From positions 23,564 to 87,563 of the forward strand of contig CAJWCD010000001.1 of the NCBI GenBank assembly GCA_913020725.1: 64,000 nt of DNA, given 5' to 3'. The translations under genes and the position numbers were made by a program. The stretch's first letter is position 1, and the number at the start of each line of letters is the position of its first letter. The notes below the pieces were generated by a model. That model was not told the DNA's origin and did not search any database. It saw nothing but the letters and a program-made list of their open reading frames with translations. Positions 25,668-34,030 of this stretch are shown here, in pieces. This DNA comes from an uncultured Pseudomonadota bacterium. GTDB taxonomy: Bacteria; SAR324; NAC60-12.

Positions 25668-26360
25668 CTATCTTGTTGATTTCATATATTTTATGAAAAC
25701 TCCGGAAAGAATGGCTTGGCGACTGAGACTGAGTACGCCATCCAACCAAACCTCTTGCTCAGTGATGAGGGGAGGGCAAAGACAGTGCAACTGAAATTGA
25801 AATCCATTCCAATCTGGTAGCAGAATGATGGTTGCATCCTGAAATTTCAGAGGAACTCGACAGCGGGGAAACAGGCATTTGTAGATTGATTCCTTGGCAG
25901 AAAAGATAGCCTTCAATCCCAAATCAGCTTGAGCGGAGTCAAGGCTCTTCAGCCAAGTTATCTCATCCTCGGTGCAGACGAGCCGGGCAATTCCGGGGTT
26001 GACGGATCGTTCGATCTGTTCCACATCGATCCCAATTGCTGCGATTTCAGAAACTGACGCTGTTGCTGCTGCTGCCCATTTTCCTGAGTGGGTGATGCTT
26101 CCAACGACACCATCTGGCCAGAGGGGTTCTCGAGTGTCCGGATTTCTAGGAATCGGTGAGTCGATCTGCATTTGCTGAAGTGCGAGTCGAGCGCAATGCC
26201 GTCCGCGCCGAAACTCCTTGAGCCGGAGCGGGGAACTGATGGCAGAGGTTGTGGCTTCTTCTTCAGGCAATGCCAAAGGAGGCTCAGGGATACTGGACGC
26301 GAAAAAGTGGACGCTAGAAGGAAAAGGAGAGGGAAGTTCAGAACGCGATTTGTAAGCCAA
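25668..26360 (-). CDS. 4'-phosphopantetheinyl transferase (EntD/Sfp-type)
   Basis: PPTase motifs: WPDGVVGSITHSGKWAAAA, GIDVEQIER and FSAKESIYKCL. 230 aa. Confidence 0.75.
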   Translation of the reverse strand: MAYKSRSELPSPFPSSVHFFASSIPEPPLALPEEEATTSAISSPLRLKEFRRGRHCARLALQQMQIDSPIPRNPDTREPLWPDGVVGSITHSGKWAAAATASVSEIAAIGIDVEQIERSVNPGIARLVCTEDEITWLKSLDSAQADLGLKAIFSAKESIYKCLFPRCRVPLKFQDATIILLPDWNGFQFQLHCLCPPLITEQEVWLDGVLSLSRQAILSGVFIKYMKSTR

Positions 26361-26973
26361 CCGTGGTCATGCCTCCTGAGTAGGATTTTTTCTGTTCAAC
26401 GTTGCTGGCGGTATGAGAACTGTAGTCTCTACTGCTGCCTTTCAGTCGATCAAGCTTGGGGGTGCTAAGGACGTGGTATCCCAAGTGAAACTCCAGCATG
26501 TGGTAGAAGGGCAGACCAATGTGGATGAACCCTTCAGTGACATTGCCTTTGTCGCTGAGGTCTTCTGTACTGGAATCTAAGTCTGCATTTGCGGAGGTCT
26601 TGATCGTGCCAAATCCTACACCAACTGCCATGGTGACCACAGGAAAGGGAATGTGGTAGAAGAAGTTGATCGTTTGGAGTTTGACCTTGGTTACCAGATT
26701 CAGCTTGGAAGAAGAGGGCGAGGTGACGCTGCTAGTTTCTGTATCTGTGAAAGCAAGGGCGCTCCCACCAATATTGGGAATCAAGGGAATCGGATGGGTG
26801 ATGCCAATGGATCCTCCACTCAAGCTTTTTGCAGTGACATTGGTCGCCGAGTAGGCGATTGCGACATCTGTGTTCATCCCGATAAATTGGGCATTGGCCG
26901 ACCCACCCCAAGCCACAGCGGTGAGGACGAGGACAGCAGTGGTTAACGATGCGGTGCGGTTGAGCCCGGCCAT
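26338..26973 (-). CDS. Small outer-membrane beta-barrel protein, paralog 1
   Basis: Signal peptide (...AWGGSANAQ), alternating hydrophobic beta-strand pattern, C-terminal ...TVGLQIAF ending in Phe (OMP sorting signal). Paralogous to the downstream ORF. Confidence 0.6.
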   Translation of the reverse strand: MAGLNRTASLTTAVLVLTAVAWGGSANAQFIGMNTDVAIAYSATNVTAKSLSGGSIGITHPIPLIPNIGGSALAFTDTETSSVTSPSSSKLNLVTKVKLQTINFFYHIPFPVVTMAVGVGFGTIKTSANADLDSSTEDLSDKGNVTEGFIHIGLPFYHMLEFHLGYHVLSTPKLDRLKGSSRDYSSHTASNVEQKKSYSGGMTTVGLQIAF

Positions 26974-26982
26974 GAGGATTTT

Positions 26983-27579
26983 CTAGAATCCGATCTTGAC
27001 ACCGATTCCTGTAACCGACCCACCCAGATTTGCTTTGGTGGAACTACTGCTCTCTCGTACAACGGTGTGGGAGGAGACCTTTCGGTAGCTCAGGTGAACA
27101 TCGATCAAGGGCAAAATGTTGTAGCCAATGCTTGCTAGAAACTGAGTGGGGTTGCCAGCCTTCCAGTCGGTGCCCAACTCACTGGAAGTTGAGGAAATCT
27201 TTGTCTGCCCGGTACCCAGTCCGAGTGTTATGTTAACAATGGGAATGGGCAGGTTGAAGAGGATATCGGCCATGGTTGTGGAAACCGTTGTACTGCTGCG
27301 GTCCGTGCTGCCAATTGTCTTGAGCTTGGTTTCGTAGGACTCAACTCCAAAACCGACGAGGAACGGGAGGGTGAGTCCGAGAAAGACTCCAGAGGTGCTA
27401 CCTGCCGTGATGCTGGATTCTGTTCCGGAAGAGGTGTATTTTCCAGAAAACTGGTGTGAAAGTGGGATGCCCACGCTTACAGAAATGGTATCCGCCTTTG
27501 CCGAGTTCAAGCTTCCGAGTAGCAGCCCTGCAACAAGGACTGCACTGATTTGCTGAATCTTCCTAGTCTTCATCTTCAT
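26983..27579 (-). CDS. Small outer-membrane beta-barrel protein, paralog 2
   Basis: Likely start MKMKTRKIQQISAVLVAGLLLGSLNSAKA (signal peptide). The track ORF extends to 27627. C-terminal ...GIGVKIGF. Shared blocks with paralog 1 include NLPIPIVNITLGLGTGQTKIS vs YHIPFPVVTMAVGVGFGTIKTS. Confidence 0.6.
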   Translation of the reverse strand: MKMKTRKIQQISAVLVAGLLLGSLNSAKADTISVSVGIPLSHQFSGKYTSSGTESSITAGSTSGVFLGLTLPFLVGFGVESYETKLKTIGSTDRSSTTVSTTMADILFNLPIPIVNITLGLGTGQTKISSTSSELGTDWKAGNPTQFLASIGYNILPLIDVHLSYRKVSSHTVVRESSSSTKANLGGSVTGIGVKIGF

Positions 27580-27907
27580 TGGATTCCATTTCTTTCCAGC
27601 CATCAATGACCCCCATGGGGCGTACAAACGTAAAGCGGAACGGACTGACGACCAGTGCGTCCCAAGTTGCCCCTGTGCTTCCCGAGGTCAGAGCAAAGGG
27701 AAGGACCACCAAGAAAACCCCTGACCCAATAACGGTGGCTCCGATACCAAACACACGCAAGGGAAGATCCACGACAATTGCTATTGCGTCGGGAGCCTTT
27801 CGTTCAGCGGCCTCAAGTCCGGTTGAGGAAAATGCAAGAAGCAGGCAACCAATCAAAGCGATCTTCAGTCTTTGGCAGAGGAAGTATTTCATCAAGAGCA
27901 GGTCCAT
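27563..27907 (-). CDS. Hypothetical small exported/membrane protein (114 aa)
   Basis: N-terminal hydrophobic signal-like segment (KIALIGCLLLAFSSTGLEA), a second hydrophobic stretch, and an acidic C-terminus. Lies between xth and the OMP pair on the same strand. Confidence 0.4.
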   Translation of the reverse strand: MDLLLMKYFLCQRLKIALIGCLLLAFSSTGLEAAERKAPDAIAIVVDLPLRVFGIGATVIGSGVFLVVLPFALTSGSTGATWDALVVSPFRFTFVRPMGVIDGWKEMESNEDED

Positions 27908-28935
27908 TCCAACTCGCAGATTACAGGAGCATGATCAGAAGGCTTCAAAGCCGCACGGGGGTTCATGTCAATCCAGCACGACTTGCAGGTTTGCTGAGCT
28001 GTGGAATTGGCGAGGATGTAGTCAATGCGCATACCCTCGTCTCGTTCAAACCCACGGGTTCGGTAATCCCACCAAGAGTAGTGCCCGGCTCCGGATTCGT
28101 ACTCGCGGAAAAGGTCCGTGAAGCCAAGTTGCTGAACCTGACGAAGCCATGCGTGTTCATCCGGATGGAAGCTGACCTTGCCTGCCATGACTTCCGGTGC
28201 AGCCAAGTCCCTCGTCTCCGGAGCGATGTTGAAATCGCCCATCACTAAAAGTGGCTGGTGATCAGGGAACTCCTCCAACTCCTTCCGGAACTGCTCTAGG
28301 AATTCCAGCTTGTAGCGGAACTTGTCTGATTCCACCGTTTGCCCTTGGGGAACGTAGGCGTTGATGATGCGGAGTCCTTGAACTTCCGCCGAGATCAGCC
28401 GAGCATTTTCTGGATCATACCCGTTTTGGAAGCCTTTTTGTACTTCCATGAGTGGAAAACGGGAGAGCAGGGCAACGCCATTGTAGGTTTTTTGACCGAA
28501 GGTTGCGAGAGTGTACCCGAGATTTTCGAACGCCTCGCGAGGAAAGAATGGATCCTCAGTCTTGGTTTCTTGAAGACCAACGACGTCAGGCTGGTGGGCT
28601 GCAAACCATTGGAGGAGGTTGGGAAGCCGAGAACGGATGGAGTTGACGTTCCAAGTCGCAATCCTTAGAGTTGTCTGTACGGGTTTTGCCGCAATCCGGA
28701 GTAGGTCGTCCGGAAGTAGGCAGTTGCTCTCGGAGTATTCCGAGAGGATGGGAGGTTCCAGCAACCCCCCCCAACTCCGTAACACTTCAAGCCGCTCAGA
28801 TTTCCACAGGGAAAAAAGGAGGGGGATGAGTCGCTGGGGATCGGGTTGGGAATCCCGAAGTTCGGAAAACACCACCCCGCTTTGGAGGGCGGAGTTGTGT
28901 TCCAAGGGGAGTTGGGATTCCTCGAGGTCAGGCAT
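27892..28935 (-). CDS. xth: Exodeoxyribonuclease III (Xth/APE1 family) with ~90-aa N-terminal extension
   Basis: The C-terminal ~255 aa match the EEP nuclease fold (LRIATWNVNSIRSR..., VVGLQETK, LMGDFNIAP, catalytic SDHAPV). The N-terminal extension has no recognisable domain and contains a G8 (C8 on the + strand) homopolymer. Confidence 0.8.
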   Translation of the reverse strand: MPDLEESQLPLEHNSALQSGVVFSELRDSQPDPQRLIPLLFSLWKSERLEVLRSWGGLLEPPILSEYSESNCLLPDDLLRIAAKPVQTTLRIATWNVNSIRSRLPNLLQWFAAHQPDVVGLQETKTEDPFFPREAFENLGYTLATFGQKTYNGVALLSRFPLMEVQKGFQNGYDPENARLISAEVQGLRIINAYVPQGQTVESDKFRYKLEFLEQFRKELEEFPDHQPLLVMGDFNIAPETRDLAAPEVMAGKVSFHPDEHAWLRQVQQLGFTDLFREYESGAGHYSWWDYRTRGFERDEGMRIDYILANSTAQQTCKSCWIDMNPRAALKPSDHAPVICELEWTCS

Positions 28936-29062
28936 CCTCCTCAGTAAGCTTCTGGATAATCCGGATGTTTTCCTGAATCTGCTTCAGGCGCTTCTTGAGG
29001 TTGCGCTTGTTAGGATGCTTTTTGTTTTTTCTACGGGCTGCAGTCGCTGCTTTAGGGGACAT
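28928..29062 (-). CDS. Possible small basic protein (44 aa), uncharacterised
   Basis: MSPKAATAARRKNKKHPNKRNLKKRLKQIQENIRIIQKLTEEDA. GGAG lies 8 nt upstream of the ATG. Not in the track because it is under 60 aa. Its 3' end overlaps the xth start. Could be spurious. Confidence 0.25.
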   Translation of the reverse strand: MSPKAATAARRKNKKHPNKRNLKKRLKQIQENIRIIQKLTEEDA

Positions 29063-29157
29063 TGTTCGTCTCCGATAGGGTTAAAGATAGTTCTGAAAGT
29101 ATAGCGAGTACCCAAAAAATTGCGAGTTTTTTCTTTGTTAACGAACTTGGAGCGAAA

Positions 29158-29460
29158 GTGGCACAGGGAATCAAACTAGATCGACTCATGGATATGCCCC
29201 TCTCTGTGCGCTTAGTGTTGGGCAAATGCGACATGGAGATTGAGGAAATTCTCAAGCTGGGGCAGGGGTCGATCATTGAGCTGGATGCCGAGAATCGGAC
29301 ACCGCTGGAGGTGTGGGTGAACAACCGTATGGTCGCGAAAGCCGAAGTGGTCTTGTCCGATGATCAGATTTGTGCCCGGATTCTGGAGGTCTCGGCGCCC
29401 AAGGAACGCCTTCGGGGGGTTCAAGAAAGCAGCGGGAGAGCAGGAAGCAAGAGTAAATGA
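29158..29460 (+). CDS. FliN/SctQ-like protein (SpoA / surface-presentation-of-antigens domain)
   Basis: C-terminal SpoA motif LPLSVRLVLGKCDMEIEEILKLGQGSIIELDAENRTPLEVWVNNRMVAKAEVVLSDDQICARILEV. The likely start is the GTG at 29158 with GGAG 5 nt upstream (the track ORF starts at 29062). The stop overlaps the heptosyltransferase start (ATGA). Confidence 0.65.
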   Translation: MAQGIKLDRLMDMPLSVRLVLGKCDMEIEEILKLGQGSIIELDAENRTPLEVWVNNRMVAKAEVVLSDDQICARILEVSAPKERLRGVQESSGRAGSKSK

Positions 29461-30509
29461 AAATCCTGCTTATCCAACTCCGGCAGATTGGGGATGTGCT
29501 GATGACGACACCAGCCATCCGTGCCCTCAAGCAAAACAATCCAGATTCGTACCTGAGCTTTGTCACGGAATCCCCGAGCGATCAGGTGCTGCGACTCAAT
29601 CCCTATCTCGACGAATTGCTCCTGTTTGACAAACGGTGGGGAGTTGGTGAAGGCTGGGGCTTCATCCAAAAACTCCGGAGAGGTCAATATGATGCGGCGA
29701 TTGACTTTCACGGAAACCCTCGCAGTGCGTTTTTGTGCTGGATGAGCGGTGCTAAGACTCGGATCGGTTTCAATCACCGTGGGCGCCACTTGGCGTATCA
29801 CCACAAGGTCCGGCCCTCTGATCGGCCCTCCTACTCGGCGGCGGACAAGCTGCGTCTCATCGAACCCCTTGGTGTCAGCGGCGGGACGCTTGCGCTTGAT
29901 TTTCCGATCAGTGATCAGGAGCGTGACTACGCCCAAAAGTTGCTTGAGGGAATGGGAGTAATGCCAGATGATCTGCTGATTTCGATTTCCCCAGTCTCTC
30001 GGCAACCCTACAAGGTTTGGCCCAGCGGATATTTTGCGCAGGTGGCCGACTGGCTGGTGGAGGACTTTCGGGCTAAAATCCTGTTTTTATGGGGACCGGG
30101 AGAACAACATTTCGTAGAAGCCGTGCGTTCCAAGATGAGGAATCCGGCACTTCCGGATTATGAGGTGCCGACGCTTGGCCAGACGAGTGCATTGCTGGAG
30201 AAGGCGTGGTTGCACGTTGGCAACGACAACGGCCCTCGGCATTTTGCGATTGCAGTCAACACTCCGACCGTTGCGGTGTTCGGCAGACCTCGGGTCGTGA
30301 GTTGGACTCCTCCGGATTCCGGCAAGCACTTGGCGCTTGAGCATGACCCCGGATGCAAGTCGCAGTGCCGATTTCCGGATTGTGGCCTTGAGTGTCTTCA
30401 CGGCGTGTCGGTCGTTGCGGTGAAGTCGGAAATTTTACGTCAGTTGAAGATTTTTTCAGGAAACGAGAGTGATGCTGGAAACAAAGGCTCTGCTGGAGCT
30501 TCAGCTTGA
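29457..30509 (+). CDS. ADP-heptose:LPS heptosyltransferase (glycosyltransferase family 9, WaaC/WaaF-like)
   Basis: GT9 N-terminus [26 protein letters not shown], and a C-terminal nucleotide-sugar-binding half ([24 protein letters not shown]). 350 aa. Confidence 0.82.
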   Translation: MKILLIQLRQIGDVLMTTPAIRALKQNNPDSYLSFVTESPSDQVLRLNPYLDELLLFDKRWGVGEGWGFIQKLRRGQYDAAIDFHGNPRSAFLCWMSGAKTRIGFNHRGRHLAYHHKVRPSDRPSYSAADKLRLIEPLGVSGGTLALDFPISDQERDYAQKLLEGMGVMPDDLLISISPVSRQPYKVWPSGYFAQVADWLVEDFRAKILFLWGPGEQHFVEAVRSKMRNPALPDYEVPTLGQTSALLEKAWLHVGNDNGPRHFAIAVNTPTVAVFGRPRVVSWTPPDSGKHLALEHDPGCKSQCRFPDCGLECLHGVSVVAVKSEILRQLKIFSGNESDAGNKGSAGASA

Positions 30510-31083
30510 GCAGGTGAAGCAGTGGCACCGGAAAGCTCCCAGAGCTTGGAGCCAAGATTTTGAGGAAATTTTGAGCCAGCAGCACTTTGCTAATTTCCTG
30601 CTGTGGCACGAAGAGGATTTGGCTCGGGATGCCGAGGCGGCTGATGCTGTGATTGCTCAGGTCAAGCGGGAGATTGATCGGTTAAATCAGTGGAGAAACG
30701 ATTTGATTGAGCAGGTTGATGATGCGCTGACGGGATGGCTTCAGAAGCAGAACCAAGGTGAAGCGACGCTGGAAGAGATGAACAGTGAAACTCCCGGAAG
30801 CATCGCGGATCGGCTCTCCATCAATGCCCTGAAAATTTATCACATGGGAAGCGAGGTGACACGGTGGGACGCCAAGATCACCCACCGCCAAGCGTGTCGG
30901 CAGAAACTGGACTTGCTCTGGGAACAGCGTGAGGATCTTGGCCAGTGTCTGGAAAAGCTCCTGACAGATTTAAAATCTGGGCAGAAGCACCTGAAAGTGT
31001 ATCGTCAGTTCAAGATGTACAACGATCCTGAACTGAATCCAGTGCTTTACCAAATGGGAGAGAAAAAGTGGGGTTGCTGCTGA
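30469..31083 (+). CDS. Conserved hypothetical protein (204 aa), translationally overlapped with the heptosyltransferase
   Basis: Helical/coiled-coil sequence with motif [16 protein letters not shown] and a C-terminal KKWGCC. It overlaps the upstream gene by 41 nt, which suggests co-transcription. It may correspond to a DUF family often found beside GT9 genes, but that recall is uncertain. Confidence 0.5.
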   Translation: MMLETKALLELQLEQVKQWHRKAPRAWSQDFEEILSQQHFANFLLWHEEDLARDAEAADAVIAQVKREIDRLNQWRNDLIEQVDDALTGWLQKQNQGEATLEEMNSETPGSIADRLSINALKIYHMGSEVTRWDAKITHRQACRQKLDLLWEQREDLGQCLEKLLTDLKSGQKHLKVYRQFKMYNDPELNPVLYQMGEKKWGCC

Positions 31084-31221
31084 TTTTCATGATGATTGGG
31101 GCGATGGTGGCCTTGGGAATCTGGGAAAGAAAGCGTTCCCATCGTCGCTTTCTTGCTGCCCGCAAGCAGTTGCACGAAATGGATACCGCTACACCAAGTG
31201 AAGGTTCTTCTTGACTATGGC

Positions 31222-31494
31222 TCAGCTTCCGGGTTTTCGGGTCAACTGCTGCTTCAGGTTCTTGAGTTCGCTAAGCATGTTAGAGGTGTCGGCCTGTTGC
31301 GGTTCTGGAGGCGAAGCAATCTCAGCTTGGCCCAAGAGTTGGGCAACCGCCTTGGGGCGAGACAAGTCGTGATTGGTGGCGTATTCGTCCAGTTGTCTTA
31401 GTACGGACTCCGGAAGCCCCAGCAGTATCTTTTTGACCGGCTCGTTGTATTCCTTTTTCCGACCGGCTCCTTCTCGGTACCCTCCTCTTGGCAT
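31222..31494 (-). CDS. Ribbon-helix-helix (CopG/Arc/MetJ-like) DNA-binding protein, orphan
   Basis: 90 aa starting MPRGGYREGAGRKKEYNEPVKKILLGLPESVLRQLDEYATNHDLSRPKAVAQLL. This has an N-terminal beta-strand plus two helices typical of RHH repressors or antitoxins. AAGGA lies just upstream of the ATG. No partner toxin gene is evident. Confidence 0.6.
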   Translation of the reverse strand: MPRGGYREGAGRKKEYNEPVKKILLGLPESVLRQLDEYATNHDLSRPKAVAQLLGQAEIASPPEPQQADTSNMLSELKNLKQQLTRKPGS

Positions 31495-31567
31495 ATCCTT
31501 TTGGCCTTAGCTGATTTTCTTGCTCAAGATATTCGTTGAAATGCCGATACGAGGGATGAGTATCCTG

Positions 31568-31596
31568 CCACTCGATGGAGAGTGGTGGTTTTTTTT
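31568..31596 (+). terminator. Intrinsic-terminator-like hairpin (CCACTC-gatgga-GAGTGG) followed by T8
   Basis: 6-bp perfect stem, 6-nt loop, then tgg plus an 8-T run at 31589-31596, read on the + strand. A second hairpin (CTCTCCG-catt-CGGAGAG, 31603-31620) follows immediately. Confidence 0.35.
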
Positions 31597-31635
31597 GCAC
31601 TCCTCTCCGCATTCGGAGAGTTTCCTAGGAGAATT

Positions 31636-31737
31636 ATGAAGACTGTAAAATCCATGCCTACCCGTCGTCTGGCAATTCGCACCCGCTGTTTTCACCTGCT
31701 CACTCCGGAGGAGGTGATGATCCGCAAGGGGTTCTAG
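31636..31737 (+). CDS. Possible 33-codon small ORF with strong SD
   Basis: AGGAG at 31627-31631, 4 nt before the ATG. Translation is MKTVKSMPTRRLAIRTRCFHLLTPEEVMIRKGF. It sits directly downstream of the terminator-like hairpins in an otherwise non-coding ~430-bp gap. Confidence 0.25.
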   Translation: MKTVKSMPTRRLAIRTRCFHLLTPEEVMIRKGF

Positions 31738-31803
31738 GACATTCCTCTGACTCACTCTCCAAGGCTGAGTGTAAGATGATTTGTCCAGTGACACTGGGCG
31801 GTT

Positions 31804-31880
31804 ATATCTAATTGAATAGATATTGTCAACAATCAAACGCCCATTGACCCGCATTTCTTGGCGTTGCACCTGCATTTCTT
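31804..31880. promoter_or_regulatory. Operator-like inverted repeat plus 13-bp direct repeats upstream of the proline-rich ORF
   Basis: ATATCTA-attgaa-TAGATAT (31804-31823) forms a 20-bp dyad. CC(C/T)GCATTTCTTG is repeated at 31848-31860 and 31868-31880. TTGACC is at 31845-31850. Confidence 0.3.
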
Positions 31881-31928
31881 GAGGTGACACCGGAGTGCGG
31901 GTTGGACACGTTACTCAGGAAAAACGCG

Positions 31929-32360
31929 ATGGATTTAGCCAGTCAGGTCAAATGGTTACAGGCCCTGAACGAACGCCTGATCGCTCTGAACGAGCAACTT
32001 GCCCAGCAACGGTCTGCCGACCAAGAGGAGCGACGAGAGTTACTGGATTTGGTCCGTGAACTGAGCCGGAACCTGTTTCAGGCCAAACCGCTTCTGCCGC
32101 CGCCAAGAACCCCTCGTGCGGATTTGCAAGAACCTCCCCCTGACGACCCTCCCCCTGAATTTTCTTCCGAGGCGGCTATCATTCCTTCGGGGGCAGAGTT
32201 TCCAGATTCAGCCAACCCCAAGGATCTCTCTAGGCTGTTCATGTCTCCTACAGCGGTCTCTCGAAAATCTGCACCCTCGATTTCTTCCCCTCGTCTTTCC
32301 AGCAAGCTCCCCGAATTCACCGACTTCGAGTTCTTTCCGGAAGATCGCCGCAAGGTGTAA
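31929..32360 (+). CDS. Hypothetical protein: N-terminal coiled coil plus proline-rich, low-complexity C-terminal half
   Basis: ATG at 31929 with AGGAAA 8 nt upstream (the track ORF begins at the GTG at 31884). MDLASQVKWLQALNERLIALNEQLAQQRSADQEERRELLDL... is followed by PLLPPPRTPRADLQEPPPDDPPPEF and ends EFTDFEFFPEDRRKV. Confidence 0.45.
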   Translation: MDLASQVKWLQALNERLIALNEQLAQQRSADQEERRELLDLVRELSRNLFQAKPLLPPPRTPRADLQEPPPDDPPPEFSSEAAIIPSGAEFPDSANPKDLSRLFMSPTAVSRKSAPSISSPRLSSKLPEFTDFEFFPEDRRKV

Positions 32361-32445
32361 GTCTCGCCTCCGGCAACTCCGCACTTACGGATTTTCTGAA
32401 AATATGGGATAGTGAAAGCTTTACTCGCCGACCTCCATCATTTTC

Positions 32446-34028
32446 ATGCATAAGGTTCTGATCACCGGGGCGATCCATCCGGTTGGGCTTGAGCGCTTGC
32501 AACAAGAGTCCGATGTCGAAGTCCACTACGCTCCGGATTTGCCCTCCGGCGAAATCCTCAAGATCATCGAACTCTTCCACTGCATCCTGACCCGTTCGGA
32601 AACGCCGATTACACGAGAGTTGCTTGACTGCGCCCCGCATCTATGGGTGGTGGCTCGTGCTGCGGTTGGGGTGGGGAACATCGACATCGCCTACGCCACA
32701 GAGCGTGGCATTCTGGTGATCAACACGCCCGCCAAAAACACGAACTCGGCTGCGGAACTCACGCTGGGGCTGGCTGATCAGCACCATGCGCAAGTTGGTG
32801 CCTGCCCACTTGCACATGGCCAGCGAGGGCTGGGATCGGCACCAATTCACCGGCACCGAACTGCTGGGCAAGATGATCGGAATTGTTGGGCTGGGGAACG
32901 TTGGGCATCGAGTCGCACGGTTTGCGCAGGCGTTTGAGATGAAGGTTCTGGCCTACGATCCCCACATTGCCGATGAGGTTTTTGAGCGGCACCAGGTCCG
33001 GAAGGTGAGTTTGGAGGAGTTGCTGACCCAAGCGGATGCCGTCAGTGTTCATGTGCCCAAGAATGCCGAGACCACCGGAATGATTGGGGCAAGCGAGCTT
33101 GCCCAGATGAGGCCCGGGAGTGGTGATCATCAACGCAGCCCGTGGCGGCGTGGTGGATGAAGCGGCTCTGCTGAAAGCTTTGCAATCGGGCCAGGTGGTG
33201 GCGGCTGGAATTGACACTTGGGAGGAGGAACCCCCGCAGGACAATCCTTTCCGGGATTTGCCGCAGGTGGTGATGACACCGCACATTGGGGCATCAACGG
33301 TTGAGGCGCAGATTCGCATTGCGGAAACTATTGCCGTTCAGGTTCCCAAGGCGTTGCGTGGGGAGGTGGTGGATTTTCCCGTGAACATGCCCGCCGTGCA
33401 AGTGCTGGACAGTCCGGTGGTGAAATCCTACACCACCCTTGCGGAGCGTTTGGGGTTGTTTGCCTCGCAGTACATCGGGTTTGCTCCGGATCGGCTGAAA
33501 ATCCACTACCGGGGAGGATTGGCAAAATACGATCCCTCGTTGCTGCGGCTTTGCTTTTTGCGAGGATTGCTGGGCAACACGCACGAGTATGTGAGCTACG
33601 TCAACGCGGACCAAGTCGCCGAGAGTTCCGGGTTGCATGTGGAAGAGGTGCAGGATCCCGGATTCACGGATTATGAAAGTGCGGTCAAGTTTCAACTGGC
33701 TGGAAAGGCGGGAGAGTTCCAGATTAGTGGGGTGGTCTTCAGCGGACCTCACCCCCGGATCACCCGGCTGAACGATTTTGTTTGTGAGATTGAACCAGAG
33801 GGAACAATTTTGGTGACAACCAATGAAGACCGCGCCGGAATGATTGGGATCATTGGCACCTGCCTTGGCGACAATCAGGTCAACATCAACCAATTTGAAT
33901 TGTCCCGGACGAGCCGTGGCGGGGAGGCGATGGCCATGATCCGGGTGGATGACGGCGTTTCGGGGCGGGTCTTGGAAAACCTCCGCACCTGCCCTGGTAT
34001 CACCTCTGTGCGTAAGGTTGTGTTGTAG
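32446..34028 (+). pseudogene. serA: D-3-phosphoglycerate dehydrogenase (SerA) interrupted by two +1 frameshifts
   Basis: Three consecutive ORFs in frames 1, 2 and 0 (32446..., 32786..., 33120...) together give a full SerA. These are the nucleotide-binding GIVGLGNVGHRVARFAQAFEMKVLAYDP, the catalytic ...NAARGGVVDE...TPHIGAST, and the C-terminal ACT domain. Removing one g near 32770-32772 (ctggggctgGctgatc) restores TLGLLISTMRKLVPA. Removing the a at 33119 (cccgggAgtggtg) restores MRPGVVIINAARGG. Confidence 0.7.
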
Positions 34029-34030
34029 CC

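Noticed and set aside
31096-31401. 101-aa plus-strand ORF
   Set aside because: It overlaps the better-supported RHH gene on the opposite strand, lacks an SD, and has no motif.
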